Below are positions 44,002-54,410 of a stretch of 64,000 bases of DNA, piece by piece. Numbering within the stretch: position 1 is the first letter of the stretch; each line of letters begins with the position of its first letter. The notes beneath the pieces were generated by a model, which was not told the origin of the DNA, did not search any database, and saw only the letters and a list, made by a program, of their open reading frames with translations. The translations under genes and the position numbers were made by a program. The stretch comes from Candidatus Omnitrophota bacterium (lineage in GTDB: Bacteria; Omnitrophota; Gorgyraeia; Gygaellales; Profunditerraquicolaceae): NCBI GenBank assembly GCA_041651115.1, contig JBAZJY010000004.1:78114-142113 (forward strand), read 5' to 3'.

Positions 44002-45620
44002 TGGAGAAGCTTATGCGCAGCCGGACAATGAAAATATCTTTATTGGGGCTGATCATGCTTTTGGGCTTTGCCTTAAGGAGCTATAACATTGATTTCCCCG
44101 CCATCGGTTATCATAATATGAAAGAAAATGATTACCTTTCCATGGCGCAGGAAATGCAAAGGACAGGGGATTACGTTACGCGCAGGATATATTTCTGGAA
44201 TGCCTTTGAAGATAACCCCACGATCCGCGTTTATCCCCAACCGCCGCTGATCTCTTATCAGATATTGCTTTGTTGGAAAACCTTAGGCGAGAACCTTTGG
44301 GGCCCGAGGCTGATTAACGTCCTCTTTGGCGTAGCCGCCATATTAATAATGTATCTTATCGCTGCGCTTCTGTTTAAGGATGTCTGGCGCGCCATGTACT
44401 GCAGCCTGCTCTTGGCAATCATGCCGCTGGCAGTATTTTTTTCCCGCAATCTCCAGCCGGAGAGCCAGGCGTTTTTCTTTATGCTCTTAGGCAGCTTTTT
44501 TTACCTGAAGTTTATCCGGTCGTTTAAGGCATATAATTTATTATTGGGAGGGATAGCGTTCTCTCTGGCCTGGCTTTATAAGTTCAGTTTCCTTATTGCC
44601 ATACTCCCTATTGCAGCCTGCCTGCCCTATAAAAAGATCTTCGGCGAAAAGAAGCGCGCTTTATTCAAATACGCGTTTACGTTTATTCTGCCCTACCTGA
44701 TTGTCATTGCCTCTATCCTGTGGATGAAACGCACCGGCCAATGGCAGTTTGAAGACTGGGGCCGGGTGAGGATATTTGAAATATTTTCCCCGGATTACTG
44801 GAAAAAATACGGAAAGATGATCTGGTGGTACGCAAGAGGAGAAAATTTCACCGTTATCTTTACTTTGCTGGCAACCGCAGGCATCATCCTTGCTTTTGTA
44901 AAACGCAAGGGCTTGTTAAACCGTTATATTATCGGCAGCGCTTTGGCGGTGGTGCCTTACAGCATGTTTTTTTCCGACTATGTCAACCAGCACAACTATT
45001 ACCAGATGCCGTTCCTGGCGCTTGTTTGCCTGGCGGTTATTTATGCCGTGGGCTTCTTTGCCGATACGATAAAGAAACTGGCCAACCGCAACGCGTTCAT
45101 CCTGATCATGGCTGTAGTCGTTATCGCGGCTATCCCGCCCATACACGCTTCAATTACAAGGATGTTTGCTACGGTCTTCCTCGGCCAGGATGTTGCGGGT
45201 GAATCGTTGAACGAATTTACCGCGCCGGATGAACGTATTTTCCTGTTTACTTACCCGCAGGGCTATGCGATCGCCCGTTATGCCCGTAGGTATGTAGGGT
45301 GGGCTTCCGGGCTGGAAGATTTTAAGCAAAAAGAGCAGAAGTTCAATATGCGCTATGTCTGTTTTTATCCGGCGGAATTCGCGCAGGTGCTTAAAGCCGA
45401 ACAGCCGGACCTCTTCAATTATTTAAAAGATAATTATCACGTTAAAGAAGTCGGCCTGACCGAAGAGCCGGGAAAACTGGCGTACATAATAATGGAACGC
45501 GGCAAGCCAAAGCCGGAAGAGCAGAAAGAATTCCTGCAGTCATTTTCAGGGAACAGGCAATTGAGGACGATCTACAAGCTCTTTGGCAGGTATATTTTCT
45601 TTTATTCGCTCAGGACATGA
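44001..45620 (+). CDS. GT-C-fold glycosyltransferase of the ArnT/PMT type (GT39/GT83-like)
   Basis: The protein has 11-13 TM helices. The first periplasmic loop reads HNMKENDYLSMAQEM, comparable to the ArnT/PMT DE..Y..ISREM loop. The protein is 539 aa. Confidence 0.55.
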   Translation: MEKLMRSRTMKISLLGLIMLLGFALRSYNIDFPAIGYHNMKENDYLSMAQEMQRTGDYVTRRIYFWNAFEDNPTIRVYPQPPLISYQILLCWKTLGENLWGPRLINVLFGVAAILIMYLIAALLFKDVWRAMYCSLLLAIMPLAVFFSRNLQPESQAFFFMLLGSFFYLKFIRSFKAYNLLLGGIAFSLAWLYKFSFLIAILPIAACLPYKKIFGEKKRALFKYAFTFILPYLIVIASILWMKRTGQWQFEDWGRVRIFEIFSPDYWKKYGKMIWWYARGENFTVIFTLLATAGIILAFVKRKGLLNRYIIGSALAVVPYSMFFSDYVNQHNYYQMPFLALVCLAVIYAVGFFADTIKKLANRNAFILIMAVVVIAAIPPIHASITRMFATVFLGQDVAGESLNEFTAPDERIFLFTYPQGYAIARYARRYVGWASGLEDFKQKEQKFNMRYVCFYPAEFAQVLKAEQPDLFNYLKDNYHVKEVGLTEEPGKLAYIIMERGKPKPEEQKEFLQSFSGNRQLRTIYKLFGRYIFFYSLRT

Positions 45621-46306
45621 AGGCAGTCATATTAGCAGGCGGCAGGGGAGAAAGGCTTCGGCCCTTGACAGATGCCGTGCCTAAGCCGATGATCAGAATA
45701 AAAGGCAGGCCTTTCCTTGAGCACCAATTGGAGTTGCTGAAAAAAAACGGGATAACTTCGTTCCTGCTCTGCGTAGGTTATCTTAAAGAAGCGGTCATTG
45801 ATCATTTCGGCGACGGCAGCCGGTTCGGGCTGAAGATTGAATATTCCACAGAAGGATCTTTTTTAGGCACAGCCGGAGCAATAAAACAGGCGGAGGGATT
45901 GCTCCCCGGAGAGTTTATTTTACTTTACGGAGATTCCTACCTGCCGATCGATTATGCAGCTTTAGTGGATGCCTGGTTTAAGCGTGATTGCAGCGGTTTA
46001 GTAGTGTGTTATGACAACTCATTACATATCGCTCAAAATAATATTTATTTGTCGCCTGACAATAGAATAATTTCATACAACAAACGCAGCCCCGACAGCC
46101 GGGCAAATTATGTAGAGGCAGGAGTGAGCATATTAAAAAAAGAAATTTTGGGGTTGATACCTCCGGCTGGGCAGGTTTCGCTGGAAGAGGAAATTTTTCC
46201 GCTCCTGGCCAGGGACGGGCTTTTAAAAGGCTATCCTACAAGCCAGCGTTATTATGATATCGGCGCTCCCGAGCGCCTGAAAAGCATTGAAGAGGTGTTA
46301 TTATGA
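45617..46306 (+). CDS. Sugar-1-phosphate nucleotidyltransferase (HddC-like, D-glycero-D-manno-heptose-1-P guanylyltransferase-like)
   Basis: The N-terminus reads MKAVILAGGRGERLRPLTDAVPKPM. The 229-aa length matches HddC. It is translationally coupled to the downstream kinase. Confidence 0.75.
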   Translation: MKAVILAGGRGERLRPLTDAVPKPMIRIKGRPFLEHQLELLKKNGITSFLLCVGYLKEAVIDHFGDGSRFGLKIEYSTEGSFLGTAGAIKQAEGLLPGEFILLYGDSYLPIDYAALVDAWFKRDCSGLVVCYDNSLHIAQNNIYLSPDNRIISYNKRSPDSRANYVEAGVSILKKEILGLIPPAGQVSLEEEIFPLLARDGLLKGYPTSQRYYDIGAPERLKSIEEVLL

Positions 46307-47283
46307 TCATTTCCAGGACGCCCTTAAGGATCAGCTTTGTTGGCGGCGGAACAGACCTGGCGGTATTTTATAAAAAAGAAACCGGGGAAGTGATCTCTAC
46401 TGCCGTGAATAAATATATGTATGTCAGCGTCAACAAGCGCTTTGACGATTCTATCCGCCTCAGCTATACCAAAACCGAGATCGTGGATAACGTAGAGGAC
46501 TTGCAGCATGAATTGGTAAAGGAGGCAATGAAGCTTACCGGCGTAACCAAGGGCGTAGAGATCACCACCGTTGCCGATATTCCCGCTAAAGGCACGGGCC
46601 TGGGTTCTTCCAGCAGCCTGACCGTCGGGCTCTTGAACGCGCTCTACGCTTATAAAGGCAAGAGAGTGGCTACGCGCCGGCTTGCCGAAGAGGCATGCAA
46701 GATTGAGATTGATATAGTGGGAGAGCCGATCGGCAAGCAAGACCAGTATATTGCCGCTTACGGCGGGATCAAGCATTTTTATTTCAAGCAGAATAACAGC
46801 GTGGTAGTCGAGCCGTTATTAGTTTCCGGCCGCAGGATAAAAAAACTGCAGGAAAATCTGATGCTGTTTTATACGCAGATCAACCGCAGCGCGCATTCGG
46901 TGCTTAAAGAGCAAAAGGCAAACAGCAGCAACAAACTTGAGGAGCTGCGCAGCTTGAAAGGGCTCGTGCCCGGGTTAAAGAACTGTTTTGAGAAAGAAAG
47001 CAGCAGGTTAGATGAATTCGGCGAGATCCTGCATCGGGGATGGCAGGTCAAGAAAACCCTTGCCTCCAATATTACTAATGACGTGATTGACCGTTATTAT
47101 CAGAAGGCAATGAATGCCGGAGCTATCGGAGGAAAAATCCTTGGTGCCGGCGGCGGCGGCTTTCTGCTTTTATATTGCCACAAGGAATATCAGCGCAAAG
47201 TAAAAGAGGCGCTTAAGCCTTTAAGGCAGGTAGCGTTTGAATTTGAGCCGGAAGGCTCGAGGATCATCTATGCGGACTACTAA
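46303..47283 (+). CDS. GHMP-family sugar kinase (HddA-like heptose-7-phosphate kinase-like)
   Basis: PAKGTGLGSSSS is the GHMP ATP-binding motif. The protein is 326 aa. Confidence 0.75.
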   Translation: MIISRTPLRISFVGGGTDLAVFYKKETGEVISTAVNKYMYVSVNKRFDDSIRLSYTKTEIVDNVEDLQHELVKEAMKLTGVTKGVEITTVADIPAKGTGLGSSSSLTVGLLNALYAYKGKRVATRRLAEEACKIEIDIVGEPIGKQDQYIAAYGGIKHFYFKQNNSVVVEPLLVSGRRIKKLQENLMLFYTQINRSAHSVLKEQKANSSNKLEELRSLKGLVPGLKNCFEKESSRLDEFGEILHRGWQVKKTLASNITNDVIDRYYQKAMNAGAIGGKILGAGGGGFLLLYCHKEYQRKVKEALKPLRQVAFEFEPEGSRIIYADY

Positions 47284-48235
47284 AACACGTTATTTAGTTA
47301 CCGGCGGATGCGGGTTTATCGGCAGCCACGTGGTGGACAGGCTGATAAAGTCCGGCGCGGTTATTGTATATGATAATTTAAGCTCCGGAAAAAAAGAATT
47401 TATCAACGGGCATTTAGGAAAAAAGAATTTCCGTTTCATTAAAGCCGACCTGCTTAACAAAAATGCGCTGATAAAGGCAATGTCCGGAGTGGATGTCGTA
47501 TTCCACATGGCGGCAAACCCGGAGATCAGGATCGGAGAAGTTGAGCCGGAGGTGGATTTTAAACAAGGGATAGTAGCTACCTATAATGTGCTTGAGGCAA
47601 TGCGGCTTTGCCGGGTAAAAAAAATAGCCTTCGCTTCCAGTTCTACGGTGTTCGGAGAGCCGGCAATCAGGCCGACGCCGGAAGACTATGCGCCGTTAAA
47701 GCCGATTTCGGTATACGGGGCAAGTAAGCTGGCATGCGAGGGGCTGGTCAGCGCGTATTCCTACATGTTCGGCATCCAATCATGGATCTTCCGTTTTGCC
47801 AATATCGTCGGAAAAAGAGGCACGCACGGCATCCTTGTGGATTTTTTGCAAAAGCTTGAGAAGAACCGTAAAACTCTAGAGGTGCTGGGAAACGGCAGGC
47901 AGCGTAAATCTTACCTTTTGGTAGAAGACGTAGCGGGCGGAATGTTGTTTGCGCTGCGGCGCGCCGGAGAACAGGTGAATATTTTTAATCTCGGCACGGC
48001 TGATGACATCAGGATCTCGGAGATCGCCGGGATAGTTTTAGAAAAGTCAGGGCTTGCCAAGGCGAAGGTCCGTTATACCGGCGGCAGCCGCGGATGGAAA
48101 GGCGACGTGCCGCTTATGCTGCTGGATATTTCAAAAATAAGGAAGCTGGGATGGCGGATAAATTACGGCTCGCGCTTCGCCGTTATAAAAGCCGTTGATG
48201 CCCTGCTCCAGGAAAAATATGCCCGGCCAGAATGA
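47270..48235 (+). CDS. NAD-dependent epimerase/dehydratase (extended SDR, UDP-sugar 4-epimerase-like)
   Basis: The N-terminus reads YLVTGGCGFIGSHVV. The catalytic motif is YGASKLACE, that is YxxxK. The protein is about 321 aa. Confidence 0.8.
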   Translation: MRTTKTRYLVTGGCGFIGSHVVDRLIKSGAVIVYDNLSSGKKEFINGHLGKKNFRFIKADLLNKNALIKAMSGVDVVFHMAANPEIRIGEVEPEVDFKQGIVATYNVLEAMRLCRVKKIAFASSSTVFGEPAIRPTPEDYAPLKPISVYGASKLACEGLVSAYSYMFGIQSWIFRFANIVGKRGTHGILVDFLQKLEKNRKTLEVLGNGRQRKSYLLVEDVAGGMLFALRRAGEQVNIFNLGTADDIRISEIAGIVLEKSGLAKAKVRYTGGSRGWKGDVPLMLLDISKIRKLGWRINYGSRFAVIKAVDALLQEKYARPE

Positions 48236-49220
48236 CCTTCCTTTTATTTCGGTAGTCATACCCGTTAAGAATGCCGCCAGGTTCCTTCCTAAATGTTTAG
48301 ACAGCCTGAATAATCTTAATTATCCTAAGGATAAATATGAAGTGATTATTTCAGATTCCGATTCTACGGATGGGACAAGGCAGATCGCTGTTTCTATGGG
48401 CGCGAAGGTAGTTGACGCGGGAGGCCCCAGCGTCTGCGCCGGAAGGAACAGCGGGTTTAAAGCGTCTAAGGGAGAGATTGTTGCTTTTTCCGACGCCGAC
48501 TGTGTGATGGATAAAGACTGGTTGGCCAACGCGGTAAAGTACTTTGCCGACAGGGATGTGGCATGCGTGGGAGGGGTAAGCCTTGTGCCGGAAGATGAAA
48601 CGGCATTCGGCAAGGCCTGCGGGTTTATTTTTTCCTACAGTCTATTTACCGGCGGTTCTACGTATGGGATGGATTTTCCTAAGGTGCGGGAGGTCAAGCA
48701 TAATCCCGGGTGCAATGCGATTTACCGGCGCAGCAGCTTGGAAAGGGTAATGCCGGTAGACGAACGGATTACCGACGGTGAAGACGTGGTGATGAATAAG
48801 CGGTTGAGCGATATGGGATATAAATTCTTATTTACGCCGGATACAAAACTTTGGCATTATCGTTCTTCCACCCCTAAAAGATTTTGGAAACAGAAGATAC
48901 ATTACGGCATAGGCAGGGTAATGATCGCCAGGCAGTATCCCGCGCTGCTTAATCCGATGCATATCATTGCCGGATACAGCATTCCCTTGATTGCCGGCAC
49001 CATGCTGCTTGCGGCATATCTGAAGATGGTCATTTTTTTCGCCGTATTTTATGCGGGCGCGGTATTCCTGCTGTTTTTCTTTTTTTCGGCGTGGTTTAAG
49101 GTGCGTTCTTTACGGGTAGCCCTGAACGTGCCGCTGGCGATCATTATTTTACTTTTTGGCTGGTCAATCGGCTTTATGGGAGAGGTATTTTTCCCGCAGC
49201 GCAAAAAACAATCATTATGA
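48219..49220 (+). CDS. GT2-family glycosyltransferase with C-terminal TM helices
   Basis: ISVVIPVKNAARFL...ISDSDSTDGT...FSDADC are GT-A motifs. The C-terminal hydrophobic region reads LLFFFFSAWF. Confidence 0.7.
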   Translation: MPGQNDLPFISVVIPVKNAARFLPKCLDSLNNLNYPKDKYEVIISDSDSTDGTRQIAVSMGAKVVDAGGPSVCAGRNSGFKASKGEIVAFSDADCVMDKDWLANAVKYFADRDVACVGGVSLVPEDETAFGKACGFIFSYSLFTGGSTYGMDFPKVREVKHNPGCNAIYRRSSLERVMPVDERITDGEDVVMNKRLSDMGYKFLFTPDTKLWHYRSSTPKRFWKQKIHYGIGRVMIARQYPALLNPMHIIAGYSIPLIAGTMLLAAYLKMVIFFAVFYAGAVFLLFFFFSAWFKVRSLRVALNVPLAIIILLFGWSIGFMGEVFFPQRKKQSL

Positions 49221-50689
49221 AAATCACTTTTTTAATCCCGCCGGCTTTAGACGGCACTTATGACGTTGACCGCACGTCCGGCTGCAACTACAATGCCTAT
49301 TTCCTGCCGCTTTTGCCCATGCTGCACAGCGCCACGATATTAAAAGACAGGATAGAGGCCGTGGCGATCCTGGATTTTCCCGCTAATAAGAAAAACCGGC
49401 ATGACCTTGAAGCGTTTATTGAGAAAGACGATTCCAGCGTTTACGTTTTTTATACGGTTTTTCTCTGTCAACAAACAGATATGCGGGTGCGGGAAATGAT
49501 CCGTAAAAAAAGGCAGTCCGGCGTATATTTCATTTTTTCCGGGCCGCAGCCCACATTCGCCCCGGAGGTATTCCTGGATAAAAGCGATACGTTCGTGGTA
49601 AGGGGCGAGCCGGAATTCATTACCGCAGACCTGGTTAGCGCGATCAACGCCGGTTCAGGGTTGGGCAAGGTGCAGGGGGTCTCGTATTACGATGGCAGGC
49701 AAATAATCCATAACCATTCCGCGGGCTTTATCGCCGATCTTGACAAGCTGCCGATACCCGATCGCAAGCTGCTTGACCATCGGCCGTATTATAATCCTAA
49801 GCTGCGCACAACCCCGCATACTGCGGCAATGGCTTCCCGCGGCTGCTTTGGCCGCTGCACCTTTTGCGTCCCTACTTCCTTAGACTACGCGCGTGAGTTG
49901 GAGCACAGGAAATCCTGCGGCCGCAAGCCGCCGCCGCGCATGCATTCCGCAAAAAGGGTGATTGAGGAATTCCGTTCTATGGCAGCGCACGGTTTTAAGT
50001 CCGTATCGCTTTTAGACGATGAATTCCTATGGGATGACCGGCGCACGCTTGAGATTTGCGACGGCATCAAGGACCTGAAGCTTGAGTGGTCGTGTTTATG
50101 CCGGCCGGATAAAGTCAATGACGCGGTTGCCAAGGCAATGAAACGGGCAGGCTGCGCTTACGTTGACCTGGGCACCGAATCGTTTGACGACGGGGTATTA
50201 AAGGCGATCAGGAAAGATATGACCGCCGAAGACACCGACAATGCGGTAAAAATTTTAAGGCATAACGGCATTCAGGTTGAGCTCAATGTCCTTTTCGGCG
50301 CGACTCCGGTTGAGACGGAAAAAACGATAAGGAAGACGTTGCGGCACCTGCGCAAGCTTAATGTGGATTACGTGCTTTTCAGCATTGCCAATCCTTTCCC
50401 CGGCACGGAATTCTACGATACGGCAAAAAAAGAAGGCTGGATGTATTACGGGGATTATGTCCCGGCTGACCCGGCAAAAAGCGCAATCATCTCCTACCCG
50501 CATTTATCCAAAAAAAAGCTGGAGTATTATGTCACCTATGCTTATGTCAGCTATTACCTGCACCCGCGCTATCTCTTGCGCCAGCTATTGCACGTCAGGG
50601 GGCCGCGTGATTTTATGCAGAAGCTTTCCACGGCCTTTAAGTTTTTCCGTAAGACGTTTTCTTCGGAAAGAAAGAAGGGAAAAGCATGA
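49217..50689 (+). CDS. Class B (B12-binding) radical SAM enzyme
   Basis: The radical SAM motif is CFGRCTFC. An N-terminal B12-binding-like domain is present. The protein is 490 aa. Confidence 0.7.
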   Translation: MKITFLIPPALDGTYDVDRTSGCNYNAYFLPLLPMLHSATILKDRIEAVAILDFPANKKNRHDLEAFIEKDDSSVYVFYTVFLCQQTDMRVREMIRKKRQSGVYFIFSGPQPTFAPEVFLDKSDTFVVRGEPEFITADLVSAINAGSGLGKVQGVSYYDGRQIIHNHSAGFIADLDKLPIPDRKLLDHRPYYNPKLRTTPHTAAMASRGCFGRCTFCVPTSLDYARELEHRKSCGRKPPPRMHSAKRVIEEFRSMAAHGFKSVSLLDDEFLWDDRRTLEICDGIKDLKLEWSCLCRPDKVNDAVAKAMKRAGCAYVDLGTESFDDGVLKAIRKDMTAEDTDNAVKILRHNGIQVELNVLFGATPVETEKTIRKTLRHLRKLNVDYVLFSIANPFPGTEFYDTAKKEGWMYYGDYVPADPAKSAIISYPHLSKKKLEYYVTYAYVSYYLHPRYLLRQLLHVRGPRDFMQKLSTAFKFFRKTFSSERKKGKA

Positions 50690-51558
50690 AGCGCTTTAAT
50701 TTATTCTGGGCGGCCCTGTTCTTTTTCGCCGGGATCATGGCGGTATTGGTTTTTTACCGGGTTATTGCGCCGCGTTCCGAAGATACAGGCGTTTCGCAGA
50801 TGGGCAGCAACGCCCCTTACTACGCGGAAATTAAAGAGATCATCAAGCCTTTGAGGTATTCGGGGTTTTCCAGCCTGATGATGCCGGAAGTTAAAATAAC
50901 TATTAATTTTATTGCCCGCACATGGAGGCTGCACAATATCCATCATTTTGACGATGAGGGAAAGGTCGTTTTGGTTGAAGGCCGTTACGGCCTTTGCGGT
51001 GACCTGGCAGCTTATCTTTACGATAAGATCAAGCCTTTATTAGGCAATGAGTATGATATTGATTTTGTCCGGGTTGCCGAATCGGGCTATTTCCTTGATC
51101 CGCGCGCCTCGCACATAGCGCTGTTAATCACAAGGCAATCCCTTTTTGGCCAGGCAGTCTATCTTCTTGACCCATCGTTCCGCAGGTACGGCTTAGAAAG
51201 TGATTTTGACGAGTATTTATTTTTTGATAAGATGCGGGAACTTCCATTTGTGGAAAATAAGAACAGGGATGAAGTTTTTAATATCGGGGCAATTACCCCG
51301 ATCCTCATCCGGAAAGAGTACATAGTCGGGCTGATCGTAGATGAGCAGAACGCCAGGTTTGACAAAGATAATTTTATTGTGGCTATCACCGCTACCCGCC
51401 GTTTTAAATATACCGGCCGGGCATTGCTGACCATACGCAGGATAGACGGCAGGACCGAGGTTATGGAAAACACGCATTTGGCAGGTATTATCCTTGGCCG
51501 GGACATATACGCCAAGCTGCGCGAAAGAATAATGCAGCTGTATTCAGAATTGCCATAG
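50686..51558 (+). CDS. Hypothetical membrane-anchored protein, possibly transglutaminase-like papain-fold
   Basis: An N-terminal TM helix is present. GRYGLCGDLAAYLYD resembles the transglutaminase-like G-x-C-x-D-x-A catalytic Cys motif. The resemblance is weak. Confidence 0.4.
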   Translation: MKRFNLFWAALFFFAGIMAVLVFYRVIAPRSEDTGVSQMGSNAPYYAEIKEIIKPLRYSGFSSLMMPEVKITINFIARTWRLHNIHHFDDEGKVVLVEGRYGLCGDLAAYLYDKIKPLLGNEYDIDFVRVAESGYFLDPRASHIALLITRQSLFGQAVYLLDPSFRRYGLESDFDEYLFFDKMRELPFVENKNRDEVFNIGAITPILIRKEYIVGLIVDEQNARFDKDNFIVAITATRRFKYTGRALLTIRRIDGRTEVMENTHLAGIILGRDIYAKLRERIMQLYSELP

Positions 51559-51576
51559 GTAATAAAAGGTGTTAAA

Positions 51577-52962
51577 ATGAATAACTTTAAAATAGCGCTG
51601 GTGCGGCCGGATTATCATTCGCATTTGATCACTCCGCCGCTAAGCCTTGGATACCTTTCTTCTTACTTAAAAAGTAAAGGTTTTGATTGCGAGATCATTG
51701 ACGGGTTAAATCTGGGATTTGGCCCGGAAAAAATCATTAAGCGCTGTAAAGGCGCTTCTTTGGTCGGGGTCAATTGCCTGAGCGCATATTTTCCGGAAAC
51801 TATTGCATTAAGCCGCAAGTTAAAAGATAAGGGCTTTAAAGTTGTAGTCGGCGGGCCGCATGCCTCGGCACTGCCGGAATTGACCCTGGATGAAACCAGG
51901 GCTGATTATGTTGTTTGCGGCGAAGGAGAAATTACCTTATTTGAGTTGGCCGATGCCTTAAGCAATAGAAAGCCGGTTTCCGGGATCCCCGGCATAATGG
52001 CGCAAAGCAGCCGGCAGTTAAAAAAGAGGCCTTTGATCAATGATCTTGATGCTTTGCCGTTTCCCGATTGGCAGCAGATGGATCCCGGTAAATATAAGAA
52101 AGCGCCGCACGGAGGCCTGATAAAAAGTTTTCCCGTTGCGCCGATAACCTCCACGCGCGGCTGCCCATTTGAATGTTCGTTTTGCGCCAGCCCCAGGCTC
52201 TGGGATAAGGCCATCCGTTTTCGCAGCCCGGAAAACGTAGTTGACGAGATTGAATATCTGGTTAAGGAATTCAAGGTGCGGGAGATCCATTTTGAAGACG
52301 ACAACCTTACTTTAAAGAAGAGCCATATTGAAGGTATATGCAATTTGATCTTGGAAAGGAAAATAAAAGTCAGCTGGGCAACGCCGAACGGGGTGCGCGC
52401 TGATACGCTTGACCTTCAGCTTCTGCGTTTGATGAAAAAAAGCGGCTGTTATTTTATCGCGTTTGGCATTGAATCCGGGAATCAGGCTATCCTCGACGGG
52501 ATCAACAAAAAGACGAAGCTGGAGACCATTGAAAAGGCAGTGGCAATGGCCAGGCGCGCCGGCATTGTCACGCAGGGATTTTTTATTTTTGGCCTGCCCG
52601 GAGAGACCGCGGCAACGGTAAAACAGACCATTGCCTTTGCCAAAAAGCTTCCTTTGGACAAAGCGCAATTTTTATTGCTGGATGTTATGCCCGGGTCAGA
52701 GTTATGGGATAGATTGGCCAAGCAGCGCGCAGCAGGATGGGCGTTAAGGAGCTATCAGGAAACAACCTGGGTGCCCGAAGGTATCAGCCGGCAGGAACTG
52801 AATGCCGCTCCGGCATACGCCTTCCGCAGTTTCTTTTTCCGCCCGAGGCAGATGATGTTCCTGTTAAAATATTTTAAACCGGGCCAGCTTCCTTTTATTT
52901 TGAGGCGGCTGCAGGATTTCGGGGTCTTGCCTTTTTCCAAAAAAAGAGAAGGGGTGTCTTAA
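51577..52962 (+). CDS. Class B (B12-binding) radical SAM enzyme
   Basis: The radical SAM motif is TRGCPFECSFCAS. An N-terminal B12-binding-like domain is present. The protein is 461 aa. Confidence 0.7.
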   Translation: MNNFKIALVRPDYHSHLITPPLSLGYLSSYLKSKGFDCEIIDGLNLGFGPEKIIKRCKGASLVGVNCLSAYFPETIALSRKLKDKGFKVVVGGPHASALPELTLDETRADYVVCGEGEITLFELADALSNRKPVSGIPGIMAQSSRQLKKRPLINDLDALPFPDWQQMDPGKYKKAPHGGLIKSFPVAPITSTRGCPFECSFCASPRLWDKAIRFRSPENVVDEIEYLVKEFKVREIHFEDDNLTLKKSHIEGICNLILERKIKVSWATPNGVRADTLDLQLLRLMKKSGCYFIAFGIESGNQAILDGINKKTKLETIEKAVAMARRAGIVTQGFFIFGLPGETAATVKQTIAFAKKLPLDKAQFLLLDVMPGSELWDRLAKQRAAGWALRSYQETTWVPEGISRQELNAAPAYAFRSFFFRPRQMMFLLKYFKPGQLPFILRRLQDFGVLPFSKKREGVS

Positions 52963-52964
52963 AT

Positions 52965-54410
52965 ATGCCCAGGCACGTCGTTATTTTAGGAGCAGGGGCC
53001 GCAGGCTTAAGCGCGGGTTGGGAGCTTTCCCGGCAAGGCATCCGCGTGGATGTGCTGGAAAAAGAGGCGGTTGTCGGCGGATTATGCCGCAGCACAAAGC
53101 GGGACGGGTTTATCTTTGACCTGGGAGGCCATCGCTTCATCACTAAAGACGAACTCCTGCTTGCCGATGTAACCGAATTGATGGGCGAAGACCTGCTGGT
53201 CAGGCCGCGCAAGAGCGTGATCCGGCTGCAGGGAAAATTTTTCTCCTATCCCTTATCCATAGTTGACGTTTTAAAAAAGATCAATCCTTTGATCTCTCTA
53301 AGGACGGGGATCGATTTTCTTCTCACTAAGGTCGGCGCATATTCGCGGCTTTCCGACGAGTCTTTTGAAAACTGGATCGTCAAGCGCTTTGGCCGGACGC
53401 TCTATGATATCTATTTCGGGCCTTATTCGGAAAAATTATGGGGCATGCCTCCGAAACAGCTTTCTTCCGGATGGGCGGCACAGCGCATTTCCCTGGTAAA
53501 CATTACCGATGTCCTGTTGCGCGCTTTGGGTAAGAAAAAAGATATGCCCAAAACATACGCCAGCCATTTTCTTTACCCCAAAAAAGGCATCGGCCATATA
53601 TCCGAGCGCATGGCAGAGGAGATAGAAAAGAAGGGCGGCAAAGTCCATCTTAATTCCGAAGTAAAGAAGGTCAGCATCAGGGATAACCGCATTCAGGAGA
53701 TCGTTTACCTCCAGGACGGGCAGGAAAAAAGCATTTCCGCGGATTTCTTCGTTTCTACCATACCTTTGCCGGAATTCATTTTAGACGTTGAGCCAAGGCC
53801 CGATAACGGCTGTATCGCCACTGCCGAAGAGATGGGCTTTCGCAGTGTCCTATTCCTGCATATTATGTTGAATACCGAATTCATTACCGATAATACCTGG
53901 ATTTACATACCGGAGGAAAAATACCTGTTTTTTCGCATACAGGACAGGAGGAATTGGAGCCCGACTACCGTGCCGCCGGGGCAAAACGCCCTGACCCTGG
54001 AGATCGCCTGCAATAAAGAAGATGCAGTATGGGCCATGCCGGATAAGGATATTTTTGAGCGCTGCATCACCGGCTTAGAGGAATTGAAGCTGGCGCGCCG
54101 CGATCAGGTAATTGATTTTTTCACGGAAAAGATCGAGCATGCCTATCCGATCTATGCCATGGATTATGAAAAAAAGATCAAGACTACGTATAGTTTTCTT
54201 TCAAAGATAAAAGATTTTATTTCTATCGGCCGCCAGGGATTATACAGGTATAATAATATGGACCATTCGCTGAAAATGGGGATCCTTGCTGCCAAGCACA
54301 TCCTGCACGGTTACCCGAAGCAGAAAGTATTAGAGATCGCCACAGAGAATATTATTTTTGACTGGCAGGACCCCGGGTACCACGACGGCAGGAAGAATAT
54401 TATAGAATAA
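52965..54410 (+). CDS. FAD-dependent oxidoreductase, UDP-galactopyranose-mutase-like / amine-oxidase-like
   Basis: The N-terminal dinucleotide-binding motif is VVILGAGAAGLSAG. YSEKLWGMPPKQLSSGWAAQRI resembles the Glf Y..KQWG..P..LP motif. The protein is 481 aa. Confidence 0.6.
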   Translation: MPRHVVILGAGAAGLSAGWELSRQGIRVDVLEKEAVVGGLCRSTKRDGFIFDLGGHRFITKDELLLADVTELMGEDLLVRPRKSVIRLQGKFFSYPLSIVDVLKKINPLISLRTGIDFLLTKVGAYSRLSDESFENWIVKRFGRTLYDIYFGPYSEKLWGMPPKQLSSGWAAQRISLVNITDVLLRALGKKKDMPKTYASHFLYPKKGIGHISERMAEEIEKKGGKVHLNSEVKKVSIRDNRIQEIVYLQDGQEKSISADFFVSTIPLPEFILDVEPRPDNGCIATAEEMGFRSVLFLHIMLNTEFITDNTWIYIPEEKYLFFRIQDRRNWSPTTVPPGQNALTLEIACNKEDAVWAMPDKDIFERCITGLEELKLARRDQVIDFFTEKIEHAYPIYAMDYEKKIKTTYSFLSKIKDFISIGRQGLYRYNNMDHSLKMGILAAKHILHGYPKQKVLEIATENIIFDWQDPGYHDGRKNIIE